From NCBI GenBank assembly GCA_951406725.2, contig OX597817.1:75020001-75084000 (forward strand): 64,000 bases of DNA, given 5' to 3'. How positions within the stretch are numbered: position 1 is the stretch's first letter; every line of letters starts with the position of its first letter. The position numbers were made by a program, and so were the translations under genes. Below the pieces are notes generated by a model. It was not told the DNA's origin and did no database searches. It saw only the letters and a program-made list of their open reading frames with translations. Positions 1 through 11,942 of the stretch are shown here, one piece after another. This DNA is from Octopus vulgaris. Taxonomy: Eukaryota.

Positions 1-7
1 TAACGCT

Positions 8-79
<72 letters not shown>

Positions 80-86
80 CACCACC

Positions 87-136
<50 letters not shown>

Positions 137-156
137 CACTACTACTACTACTACTA
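8..156. repeat. compound (TAC)n/(CAC)n microsatellite
   Basis: Directly visible trinucleotide runs. Confidence 0.97.
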
Positions 157-239
157 CGAAGAGCCAGAGTAAATAATACAAAGCATTTTGACTGACACAC
201 TAATGATTCTGATGACAGCAACAAGAACAATCATTACCT

Positions 240-718
240 CATTAACCACTAAAGGTTTACAAACAGATTTTAGAAGATACAGGAGGATACAGTATGATAT
301 AATGTGAAGTTACAGAAAGGTAAGTAAACAGTAAAATAGCAAAACAAATCAAACAAGAAAAAATCCTAGCAGAATGGAGACTTCTAAGGGCTGCTTGGGG
401 AAACCCCATAAAACCATGAATACCCTGACTACTAGGGCAAGTGCCCTTTCCTCATCCTCTTCCTTCAGTCTACAGGCACATGCTCAGAGTAGGCCCATTT
501 ATTCAGATCAACATTACCACTTTCACACACCTTTCCACAAATTTGCTGGAAGGGAGCACTTTCCTCTCCACTCTCAATTTCTTTTTCAAGCAAAACTTGA
601 AAAAGTAGATAAGAGCTTGGCCAAAGAGAAGGGAGTCTGTTTTCAGCCCTTTCAATCTGGTCCATTTCACAATCTCTCTCATTATGGCCACCTGTTCTTT
701 TTTGCCAAAGCAAAGCAG
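240..718 (-). mobile_element. 3' end of a Tx1/L1-clade LINE (decayed ORF2 C-terminus plus 3' UTR)
   Basis: The minus-strand peptide ...EIVKWTRLKGLKTDSLLFGQALIYFFKFCLKKKLRVERKVLPSSKFVERCVKV resembles Tx1/L1 ORF2 C-termini (recalled similarity). A frameshift leads to ...GPTLSMCL* (stop 470-472), followed by a T-rich 3' UTR. Confidence 0.6.
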
Positions 719-861
719 TGAGATGATCTTAACACTTGATTTCAGATTTAATTCTCTGATAAACAAGTACAATTCTGAAAGTAAGAAGGGAATAAATAAG
801 GCATAAATATCAACAAAAGAGTTCAAAAAGTGTTTGAATTCAATTACTAATATCTACTTAC

Positions 862-1033
862 TTCGCAATATTCAGTGATTATACAGAAACATTCATCATC
901 AATTAATTTGTCTAGGAACTTCAGAATGTTTGGATTTGAGAGCTGTGATAACAAGGCTGCTTCCTGTTCAGCAGTATCAGTTTCTTTGGGTTTCTTTTCA
1001 TTGAGATAAATTTTTTTTAGAACCTTTTGGGAA
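862..1033 (-). CDS. NEK11: NEK11-like NIMA-related kinase, coding exon 2 (subdomains II-V)
   Basis: tttatag| acceptor and |gtaagt donor. 172 nt = 1 + 57 codons: SQKVLKKIYLNEKKPKETDTAEQEAALLSQLSNPNILKFLDKLIDDECFCIITEYCE, matching NEK11 KVLKEI...EAQLLSKLDHPAIVKF...FCIITEYCE. Phase matches exon 1. Confidence 0.93.
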
Positions 1034-1087
1034 CTATAAATGAAAAATTTTAAAATAAGCTTGAGTTTGATTTAAACATTCATAAAG

Positions 1088-1998
1088 CATGAGATAGTAT
1101 CAAAAGGTTCCTAGACTAGTTATGTTTAATAAAAATAACTTATTTACCTAAAGTTTTAACATCATTTCCTTTGAAAATAACCACCTTGTATAGCAATACA
1201 CTGGTCCCAGCATTCCACTTTTGGAATCTGGCCTGGAAGATGCTAGCAAGTCAAGGACCTTCTGTGATTTGCTCTTAATTTTGACAATAGTGCTAAAACG
1301 GCAACCTTTGAGCTACCTTTTCATCTCGGGGAAGAGATGGATGAACATAGGTGCTACATCTAGTGAATAGGGTGGGTGTAGAAGTGATACCATGTTGTTT
1401 TTAGTGAGAAACTCATGAGTAAGGAGAGCTCAGTGACAGGGTGCATTGTTTAGCCATTGGAATCCAATTCCTCATGCTTCACAGATCCAGTTGCTTTTGT
1501 TGATTGCCCTCCATTAGACGCTTCAAAATGTCACAGAATTTTTGATTGATGGTCTGGCTCTGCAGGATGAATTCTTGATGTACAATATTGTGGATGCCAA
1601 AAAAAAAAAAAAAATGAGCATACTCTTGATTGAGCTGCAGCTCAATCATGCCTTTTGAAACATCTGCACCACTCAAAACATTGCATATGAACCACTGCCT
1701 TGTTGCCGTAAACTTGCCAAAGCATGCTCAATGTCTCTGAGACAGATTTTCTGAGTTTAACACAAAATTTCATGTTGGCTTTTGTTCCAACTTCCTGTCC
1801 AGGATAAAATTGCAGACTACCACATACACATGAGCACAAAAGCACAAATTTCCCAATTTGTGAAGTAAGCATAGCAATGTCACTCGGCACAGTGCCTCAC
1901 GAAGGTCACTGATAGCTTTCACTGTACATGCAAATGTGTGCTGCCATCTGTTGGTATACTACAGAACTAGTCTGGGAATATTTTGATACCACCTAATA
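1088..1998 (-). mobile_element. internally deleted mariner element (~0.9 kb)
   Basis: Imperfect TIRs GAGATAGTATCAAAAGGTTCCTAGACTAGTT / AACTAGTCTGGGAATATTTTGATACCACCT. Transposase remnants MKFCVKLRKSVSETLSMLWQVYG...CFEWCRCFK and GIHNIVHQEFILQSQTINQKF. Confidence 0.85.
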
Positions 1999-2434
1999 TG
2001 TCTAACAGAGCACATGTCAATATACAAATGTGTATGTAAACTCACACACACATACATGCATGCATGCACACATATATACATACATACATACATACATACA
2101 TACATACATACATACACATTAACAATCATCATCATTATTTAATATTCACTTTATTGCTTGCAGAAGACTGCACCAAACTCTACTGTCTGCTTTGTCTGGA
2201 TGTCCTTCCTAATACCAACCACTTTACAGAGTGCACTGGGTATTTATAACATGGCACCAGAACCAGTGACAGCAAGGTCACCTATTAACTTGCAAGACAA
2301 GGTCACTCAACTGAGTGAAGAGTAGTATTGAGGAAGGTGGCCTTGAGCCAGGCTATGAGAGTTTAGAGTATGAGTAGAGTGATAGAAATAGGTGTCTTGC
2401 AGTAGTGGAGATATATGGCTAACCAAGTTTATAT

Positions 2435-2486
<52 letters not shown>

Positions 2487-2490
<4 letters not shown>

Positions 2491-2755
2491 TATATAATTA
2501 GGGTTCAGCAACGATTTGCTTCACCACATACCAAAGTTTAGAAATAGCAGTCAAAAAATCTTAGCTATTCCTTCTACTTTAAAGGGAGTTTTTCGTCATT
2601 TTTTCCCTTTTGCCTGCGTGGTTTCTTTTCAAGTGGTTTGGTTTTTCTGGGAACTCCCTTTAAAGTAGAAGGAATAGCTAAGATTTTTTGACTGCTATTT
2701 CTAAACTTCAGTATGTGGTGAAGCAAATCGTTGCTGAACCCTAATTATATAGTAT
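2487..2755. repeat. 104-bp inverted repeat with 61-bp spacer
   Basis: 2487-2590 is the reverse complement of 2652-2755 with about 2 mismatches, next to a (TA)n run. Confidence 0.95.
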
Positions 2756-2861
2756 TACTTAAACTTGCCATGAAATGGTCCTTTTCCACTTGGTGAAATT
2801 ACTGATTACTTCTTAATTAATTAATTTCACCCTTTGTTATTATTGATATATATACATATAT

Positions 2862-2892
<31 letters not shown>

Positions 2893-3514
2893 TTACCCAA
2901 ATGTTACAGGAAGGTATATATATGTGATGGAAAGAGTGGATGTTAGAGAGATGAGTGTAGAGGAGATATTTATTAAAGACAGACTGTGTGCAATTAAGTT
3001 CGTGGGAGCCCAAAAGGAGAATGGGAGATAAAGGGAAGGGGACTGCAGTGAATGAAGGTGTGTTAGGAAGATGAGTGTTGGGGAAGAGATTTATCAGGGA
3101 CAAATTGTATGCAGGGGCAGAAACATAAATGATATGCCTTTAGGGTCTCAATTTTACTTACACAAACAGGTCTTCTAGAGCACAACAAATCACCAATCAT
3201 CTCAGCTCTTTGTCAACTCCTCAGTGAGACTCAATATCTGAAGGTAATTTTTCACTACTTCATCCCATGTCATCCTGGATCTTCCTCTTACACACACACA
3301 CACACACACAAAACACCGAAAGACATATACTCAACATTTGTATCTGCAAGTCTGCTTCGTATTCATGTATGTGTTAATGTATCATGTATATATAAGAATG
3401 CACAATAAGACGAATGTTTAGGTTTATTTTTTGGCCAAGGACAAGGAACACACACACACACACATGCACACATGTTCATATGCATACATACACACATGCA
3501 CGCATGCATGCGTG

Positions 3515-3793
3515 CAGTAGAACCTCAGTTTCCAAATTTAATTTGTTTCTGAAGGCTGTTTGTCACCCAAGATGTTTTTAAACCAAAACTATTTTTCCTA
3601 TCAAAAATTCAAAAGAAGGCGCAGTGAATTTGAGCAGGAATGTGCGTGAAACCTAGATAGCACCTGATGCTCTGCTGCTTGATGTCGACCATTGTTGCCA
3701 GCATGCATGTGCATCACCCAAGATGTTTTATGTTTGAAAAATTGTAAATCAATTTTTTGTGATGAGAGGCATTTATAAATCGAGATTCAACTG
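3515..3793. mobile_element. Tc1/mariner-Tigger type MITE
   Basis: Termini CAGTAGAACCTC... / ...GAGATTCAACTG followed by TA; no coding capacity. Confidence 0.7.
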
Positions 3794-4294
3794 TATATAT
3801 TAAAGGCTCAAAAGTTTATAAATTGCTTCACCATAAAAAACAAGTTCAAAATTTTTAACAGTATCTTTTGTCAGAAAGTGATGTTTTCTCATGTTACCAA
3901 ATAATGTACAAAGAGTAGTGTGAGAGAAATAAAAATAAAAGAGAAAGAATATGGAAGCATAAGGAGGGGAACAAATCTGAAGAGATGTAGCAATTTTTCC
4001 TTGTGCAAGGTTATTATGAGTCAACAATTAAATGGACTCGTAGCTTAGCCCAGTCCACAAACAGAGCCTGTGGACACACCACATACACAATTCAAAAAAT
4101 AGGGCCTCTTTTCCTACTACTCTTCATATCAGTTCTGCCACTTCAACAAATTATACAACTTCCACTAATTTCCTCTCATTCTCAAACTGCTCCTGTCTTT
4201 CCTAAGCTTCTCACTGCTCCTTGAATAGAAAGAAAATCTTGTGTCACTTCTTGATCCAAAGGTATCCCACCCCAACAACATTGAACATTTTTAA

Positions 4295-4485
4295 CCTTTT
4301 AGCACTCAGATTACTCTATCAAATGTGATGCCTATTTATTCATGTTGTTTTGAATTAATCCTGTTTTATCTTGTAGCTTTGAGATTTCAATGACGTGATT
4401 ATAATGACATTGGTGTGAGAGGCCAACTGAACATAAAACAGGTAAAATATTTGGGCAAGATATTGCCAGTTCAAGAGCTAAAGGG
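4295..4485. mobile_element. piggyBac-like MITE
   Basis: TTAA|CCTTTTAGC ... GCTAAAGGG|TAAA: CCC/GGG-type termini with a degenerate TTAA TSD. Confidence 0.55.
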
Positions 4486-4925
4486 TAAAACTTTTTGACA
4501 GTAACCTGCTTGCAAATTTTTCATATTATTAGATAGTGAACTTCTTAACTACACAGCCATGCCAGTGCCTTATCAAGTGGATTATAAGCTCACTTCATCT
4601 CTTTCTTATCTCTCTCCCCGCTTTTCTTTTTTTCATTTTTCTTTTCTTTTTTCCTCTCTTCCTGTTTTCGATTTGACCTTACAAATATATCCCCAACTTT
4701 TAAGTCACTTTAAATAAAACCCTTAATTCAATAATACCGTGTACTTGGAATAACCAATTTTAAATACTATTGGAACTTACAAGTTACTGAAATCTTATAG
4801 TTATACCATTCTGCCTAAATAATGGATCTACAGATGCAATATTCCTGCATATCTCATGTCTATTTTCATTCCTCCATTTTACTCTCTATTTCATATCTTA
4901 TCTTGCTTAACTATTTTCTCACACT

Positions 4926-4973
4926 GTCTCTGATGAAGGGATATATAAAATATCCCGGAAACTGCTGTAAGAC
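4926..4973 (+). ncRNA. minimal type I hammerhead ribozyme motif in a Penelope-like element fragment
   Basis: GTCT-CTGATGA-A-GGGATAT(ATAAA)ATATCCC-G-GAAAC-TGCT-GTA-AGAC. Stem I GTCT/AGAC, 7-bp stem II, conserved core boxes and a GUA cleavage triplet. Confidence 0.75.
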
Positions 4974-5036
4974 CTTCTATTTATAAATGTTCTAAAATCT
5001 TTCACAGCCTTGGTTTTTTTATCTCATTCTGAAAAT

Positions 5037-5379
<343 letters not shown>

Positions 5380-6929
5380 GGGTTTCTTTCAGTTTTCACC
5401 TACCAAATCCAATCACAAGGATTGGGTTGGCCCAGGGCTATCAAAAAAGACTGAACTGAAAATCACATGGTTAGGAAACACACTTCTTAACCACACAGCT
5501 ATGCCTGTACTAGATAAGAGTGAAAATAATCTTCTCAAGAGGAACTTATTTATTTAAATTATCTAAACAGTTCTGTTCAATATTATCTTCAAAAACATCA
5601 GACAACTAAAAATCTTCTAACATAATACAATCTTTTGATGAATTTCCACAAACTGTTGTAGACAATGCTATCAACACAAGGTTATTTTAAACACAAACAT
5701 TAACTCCTCGCTTGAATGAACAATGTAAATCAGCTAATAAAACCCACTAGGCAGGTGATCATTTAATGTTAGTCATGATCTGGATATCTACCAAGCAAAT
5801 CCTGACGTGTATATGTCTTTGTATCTGTATGTGTATGTGTGTGTGTCTGCATGCACGTATTTGTGTGTGAGTGTGCACGTGCATGCATGTGTGTGTGTGT
5901 GTGCGTATATATTGTCATTTTGCTGTATTTGTTTTGTATATATTTTACCAAGAATAGAGAAATCATTATTTGGTAGTATAGCTTTAATCAACTGAAAAGT
6001 ACGCCAAAACGAATATCACAAATGCAGGTGACATGTTAACTACAAAGGTGATATTTCCCCAGTGTGTTTTTCATGGAAGACAGGAAAGGAACAACCTTAC
6101 TCGTATGATAATGATGTTCATTTATGGCATTCACATGATGTGTAAAGAAGGATACACATAGACATATACACACACATACATAGATACATACATATACACA
6201 TACATACATTTATATATGATGGCGTTCTTTTAGTTTCTGTTAATCAAAATCCACTCACGAGGCTTCAGTTGACCCAAGGCTACAGTAAAAAGCACTTGCC
6301 TAAGGTGTAGCACTGTGGGATTGTACCCAAGAACATATGGTTGGGAAGCAAATACATACATAGACACAAACAAATTTGACAGACAGAGAGATGTAGATAA
6401 ACACACACACACACACACAATCACACATATACACACAAACACATCTAAAATTTCAAAATTATCAAAAATGCATAAATGTTTTCAAATTAGTCAAATATGT
6501 AACCTTTCCCAAATTTGTAAAAATTTTCAAATATAAACCACTCCTCTGACACAAGAACACATGAACAAGAGACAAGTTACTAGATTCCTGGTGTAAATTA
6601 GGGATGCTAAATCTTCTGAATCATTTGATGTACTTTTGTTTCAATAACTGAAATGTATATATTAAAGTTCAGATTATAATAACGTTGCTTACAATCACTC
6701 TTGACACATAAGTATATTTGGTTGTGGCTGATCTGAGGAAAATTGGAAATTAAGTCATACAGATGCAGTGTGGCAGCATGATGAAGGATTTCGCTTTCCG
6801 GCCACATGCTTTTGAATTCATTCCCACTGGTACCTTGGACAAATGTCTTCAAATATAGACTGGGGCTGATCAAAGCTTTGTGAGTGGAGTGGTAGGCAGA
6901 AACTGAGAGCCGATTTTACATATATATGG

Positions 6930-7135
6930 GTGGCACATAAAAAAGCACCAATACCAGAGCTGCACAAAAGCACCCAGTACATTCTGTAAAGTGGCTGGCG
7001 TTAGGAAGGGTATCCAGCCATAGAAACCATGCTAAATCAAACATGGAGCCTGAATGGCCCTTCAGCTGGTCAGCTTCTGTCAAACCATCCAACCCAATCC
7101 AGCATGGAAAATGAATGTTAAATGATGATGGTGGT
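6930..7135 (+). mobile_element. RTE-type LINE 3' UTR fragment with (GAT)n tail
   Basis: AAAAGCACCCAGTACA...GGCGTTAGGAAGGG...CCAGC...CATGGAAAATGAATGTTAAATGATGATG; the same tail recurs many times in the window. Confidence 0.75.
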
Positions 7136-7142
7136 GGTGGTG

Positions 7143-7268
<126 letters not shown>

Positions 7269-7549
7269 TCTGATCTCTAACTGTGGAGGGAACCTGTGGA
7301 AGAGATAAGACCCCAGGAAGACATGGGATGAGGTAGTGAAATATGAACTTCAGGTGTTGACTCACGGAGGTGATGACAAGTGACTATGACTTTTAGCAAT
7401 TTGCCATGCTTGAGAAGACGTTAAGTTAAGTGAAATCGTAGTTGTGGCTAGTACTGGTGATACGCAAAAAAGGCTCCCATCCTAGTGACATGTAAAAGGT
7501 ACCTATGCCAGTGACACATAAAAGGCACCCGTGCAGGTGACACATAGAA

Positions 7550-7883
7550 GTGAAGTTGCTTGACACAGATTGACCTTGAACTCTGCTGTGCATGTGCACT
7601 AAGTTTTAACATTCTAGCTCACTTCTGCTGTTTACAACAATACTTGGAAGGAAGGTGTGTAGTGAGTGATCATCGCATTGACCATGACAGAGAAAGTCGA
7701 GTAGAGGATCTGCATCAAATTTTGCCAAAAGCTTAGCAACACCTCTCAGAGGCCTACACAAAGTTTTCAAATAGTTTTCATTGTTCTTGAAAGGAGATCT
7801 TGTGCTACTGAAACCCAAGTGTCTTTTTAGTCAGCTGAAAGCAGTTTTTGCAGAAACTTGACAGACACGCGTCTCATACCCCA
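7550..7883. mobile_element. partial copy of the foldback mariner MITE family seen at 15309-16198
   Basis: Near-identical to the reverse complement of ~15800-16140, including the same rearrangement junction (GCCTACACAAAGTTTTCAAA). Confidence 0.85.
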
Positions 7884-8492
7884 ATGTGTGTGTGTGTTTG
7901 TCCCACCACCATTGCCATTACCACAGTTTGACAACCAGTATTGGTGTGCTTATATCTCCGTGACTTAGTGGTTCAGCAAAAGACACCAACAAAAAAAGGC
8001 CTGGGGTCGATTTGTTCGACTAAAACTCTTCAAGGCAGTACCCTAGATTGGCCACAGTCTAATGGCTGGAACAAGTAAAAGATAAAAGCTAAAAGATCTT
8101 ACTCAGATTCCTAATTTCGAACTATGCCAACCAGAATATAGCTTTAGAGTTATACTGATAAATACAGAGGTGCTTGGATAGAAAACTAACAGCCTCAGCC
8201 CTCATCTTGAGAAGCTGGGCTTCACAAAACCAGAATGAACACAGCCAGTTAGGGAATTACTGTTACAAGGTATCTGAAAAAAGAATTAAAACATTCCAGA
8301 AGTTTGGTATTCAATAAGTGCATACGTTCAAGTGTAAACATATTAATATGCAAATATATGTATACATATACATGAGTTAAAGCATACAGATCCACACATG
8401 CAATGATATCCATACTTGAACATATGCATACATGTGAACATACATACCTACCTACAAACATACATACATACTTACGTATGTATGTACGTACG

Positions 8493-8523
<31 letters not shown>

Positions 8524-8768
8524 GCAAATAGCCAGGTGGTATTAGCTAGTTTGTGAGTAAGAAACCAGTTCTTTCTCCATTGGTGAGAAATTCTAAAAAA
8601 TAACCCAGAATGAACAAACAATAAATACATACATGCATGTATGCATGCATACATATGCATACATCCATACACACAAATATACAATCATACATACACACAT
8701 ACATACATATATGAATAGTCATCCATAGACAGATGCACAATGATAGACAGACAGACAAGCAGACAGAC

Positions 8769-8836
<68 letters not shown>

Positions 8837-9582
8837 TCCTGCACTTTATGTGAACAAAGCTTAAAGCAAGAGATATCTAAGTAGCATCATTGATCCCTGG
8901 GCAAATCACTGAAATGGATCCTACAATATTAATTTATTGAGAGCAAACTACAGCATACACAGATCAAAATTAGGCCCACTGGAACCATGGGGTCCCTAAT
9001 CAACTGCCCAATATGTCCATGCCTTAAGACAACACAGACTACATCTACAAAATAAAGTATTCGCTACTTTGGGTAACGTCATACTCCTTATTAGCTTCAC
9101 TTTCAAATCTGGTCACAGGTGCTATGAGATCTAAAAAATAAATATATATTCTAGCTGAGGTGCATGCTATCTGTAGTCTAATTTCAGCAAACTGGGGTAG
9201 TGTACATAATCTGCCATTGGACATCTTATAACCGGATCTTCTTCAACCTCAAATATTTTAAACCAATGAGCTATGGTTCCTTATTGACGGATTAGCAGAT
9301 AGACATACATATAGGTTATTAGTGTTTACTTTGTATAATGTCCTTAATGTATACACACATTACACATATATACATGCACACATACACATACCTGTATGAT
9401 AGATGGACACATACATATGTGGCTGTATCAGCAGGCAATAATGAGATAGTATTAGGTACACACACACACACATGTACTGTATGTAAGTAAATACATTCAT
9501 ACAAGTATCAGGTCATCCCAAAAGTTCTGTCCAAATTTTGAATAAAGAAAACAAGTGATCAAGTGTTATATTTAATTGAAAT

Positions 9583-10614
9583 TTAATCATCAATGTACTT
9601 TCCCTGATTATCTATGACTTCCTTCCATCTATTTACAAGCTTTTTAATCCCATCAATGTATAACTCTTTTGGTTTCAAAGAGAAGAACTCTGAAATGTCA
9701 GTTTTGACCTTCTCCTCCTGGCTTGCAAAAGTTATGTCCCCCAAATTATTCTGTAAACTACAAAACAAATGGTAGTCTGAAGGAGCAAGGTTGGAAGAAT
9801 AAGGTGGATGAAGAATTTTTTCTCAACCAAGCTCTTTGATCTTCTGTGATGTGATCTTTGCAGTGTGGGGTTGTGCATTGTCCTGATGAAACATCATTCC
9901 TTTTCAATTCACTAAAGCAGGTCTTTTTTTCTTTAAAGCTTGGTTCAAACACTCTAATTGCTGACAGTAGACTTGAGCATTGATAGTTGCATTAGGTGGT
10001 AACAATTCAAGGTGAATTACTACTTTGCAATCCCACCAGATAGAGAGAAGGACCTTTTTCCCATGAAGTTCCCTTCTCGGTTGTGGTTGAGCTTTTTCCC
10101 TTTTACCAAACCACTGTTTACAACATTTAAAATTTCGATAGAAGAGCCATTTTTCGTCACCAGTCACAAGTCTATCCAAAAAGGGTAAAATGAGTTCATG
10201 AGAATGGAGAGAAGAGCAGATGTCAACTCGGTATTTGTGGTTGCTTTCGGACAATTCATGAGGCACCCATTTTCCAAGTTTAGGAACCGTTCCAAGTTGT
10301 TGAAGATGACGATGAACAATTGTATGGTTTGAACTAAGCTTTATTGACAATTCTTCAACTGATAATGCAGGATTTTCTTCAAGTGATGCCTCAAGGAGCT
10401 TATCATCATACTCAACTAGACGTCCTGTTTGATCTTCATCTTCAAGGCTGAAATTTCCACTACTGAATTTTGAAAACCATCTGGAAGTTCTGTCATTCAA
10501 GCATTCTTTCCCATAAACTAAGTGTATGTTTTTCAAGTCGCTTCGGCTGCAGAGTTTCCTTTTTTTGTACACATAAAGCATTATGTACCTCAAATGCTCT
10601 TTGGATACTTCCAT
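9583..10614 (-). pseudogene. frameshifted mariner transposase
   Basis: MEVSKEHLRYIMLY..., WVPHEL, TGDEKW, HGKKVLLSIWWD, FHQDNAQPH, HPPYSSNLAPSDYHLF, GIKKLVNRWKEVIDNQGKYIDD, split over several frames. Confidence 0.93.
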
Positions 10615-10737
10615 GTTAGAAGGGGTTTTAATCAAAGAAATTTTAATTCTATTATTCTGTAAAATAATATTTAATTAGTTTAAATGTACACAAATGCCTA
10701 AAAATAATTTTTAATTCCATTAGACATTGTAAAATAC

Positions 10738-11884
10738 TGTTACAGGTTTAACTAGTGCAGTGTTTCTGACCCACATAGGAATAATGGCACCATCATGTCT
10801 GGTGAAAATGTGACAGTCTTTTGTCTAATGGAGGACTAATGGGTTTTGGAATGACCTGTGACCTCGTGCGGCTGAGAAGAGGGTCAGGAGAATGTGAGAG
10901 AGGAAGACAGATTAAGGGCTGAGAGCAAATAGAGATAGAGTGTAAGAGAAAAGGGACAGATAGAGAGGAAGAGTCTGGCAGGCGATAGCGATAGAGTAAG
11001 AGCAGAGGGCAAATAGAAAGGATTAGCAGTAAGGGACAGATTGAGGATATAGATAGAGTATAAGGACCAGAGAGCAGTTAGAAAGGGTAAGAGCGATATA
11101 TACAGAGGGAGATGAGGGAGTGGAAGAAGGACAGAGACGAAGTGAGGTCTTGGCAGTCGTTGAGCGGTCATCGAGGAACACAGACGGATCTTGGGGTCGC
11201 TGGCCGGTCCTCGAAGAAGACAGATGGACCTTGGATTTAGGGAGCGAGCGTTGGAATTCTTAGGAGCAAGTTGGATGCGAGAAAGCTTGGCGGCACAGAA
11301 GGGAATTAGCAGTATTCAGAGGAATTAGCAGTATTGAGAGGAATGGGACACTGGCAGATTCAATTAGGAATTGAGGTATGTGTTTGTGTATTGATGCGTG
11401 TCACGATGTAAAGAGACAGTGAAAAGAATTGAACAGTGAAGAGAACAGTCAAGGACTCTGTCGATGTGGTCGATAAAGGACATTGTGAAGAGGAGGAGTA
11501 AAGGACTTGTTGATTGTGATGTTTAGGAAGAGACTTTAAAGAACTGTTGTCTTGGGACGTGTACTCTTGAATTGTTACATGATGTTGTATTATGCTTTGA
11601 GTTGTACTCTTGAAATGCTGTTGTATTAAGTATTGAGTAGTCACATGCATGCTTTGATGTATCTTGATGTTGTAACAATTGTAATTGTCGTATAAACTGT
11701 TGTTTGAATATAAGCCAGTGTTGCCAGTTGTTGCCTTGCCTCTTTGGGTTGTATCTCGGGTTGTGCCTCTGTATCTCTGTGCTGTTGGGGTTGTTGCGGT
11801 ATCTCTCCTCTCTCTCCTCCTCTTTGGGTTCCGTGGCGAACTAGTGGGCCGTTCGGGCGAGCGACGACGGGGGATTCCGTAACA
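10738..11884 (+). repeat. 5' LTR (1147 bp)
   Basis: Direct repeat of 13877-15032; TG...CA ends. Confidence 0.96.
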
Positions 11885-11886
11885 AC

Positions 11887-11904
11887 TGGTGTCAGAAGTG
11901 GGAT
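11887..11904 (+). promoter_or_regulatory. primer binding site complementary to the tRNA-Leu 3' end
   Basis: TGGTGTCAGAAGTGGGAT, 2 nt after the 5' LTR; reverse complement of ...ATCCCACTTCTGACACCA. Confidence 0.9.
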
Positions 11905-11942
11905 TGTCCTGATTACTGCGTTTCGATCGGTTCTTTTTCGCT

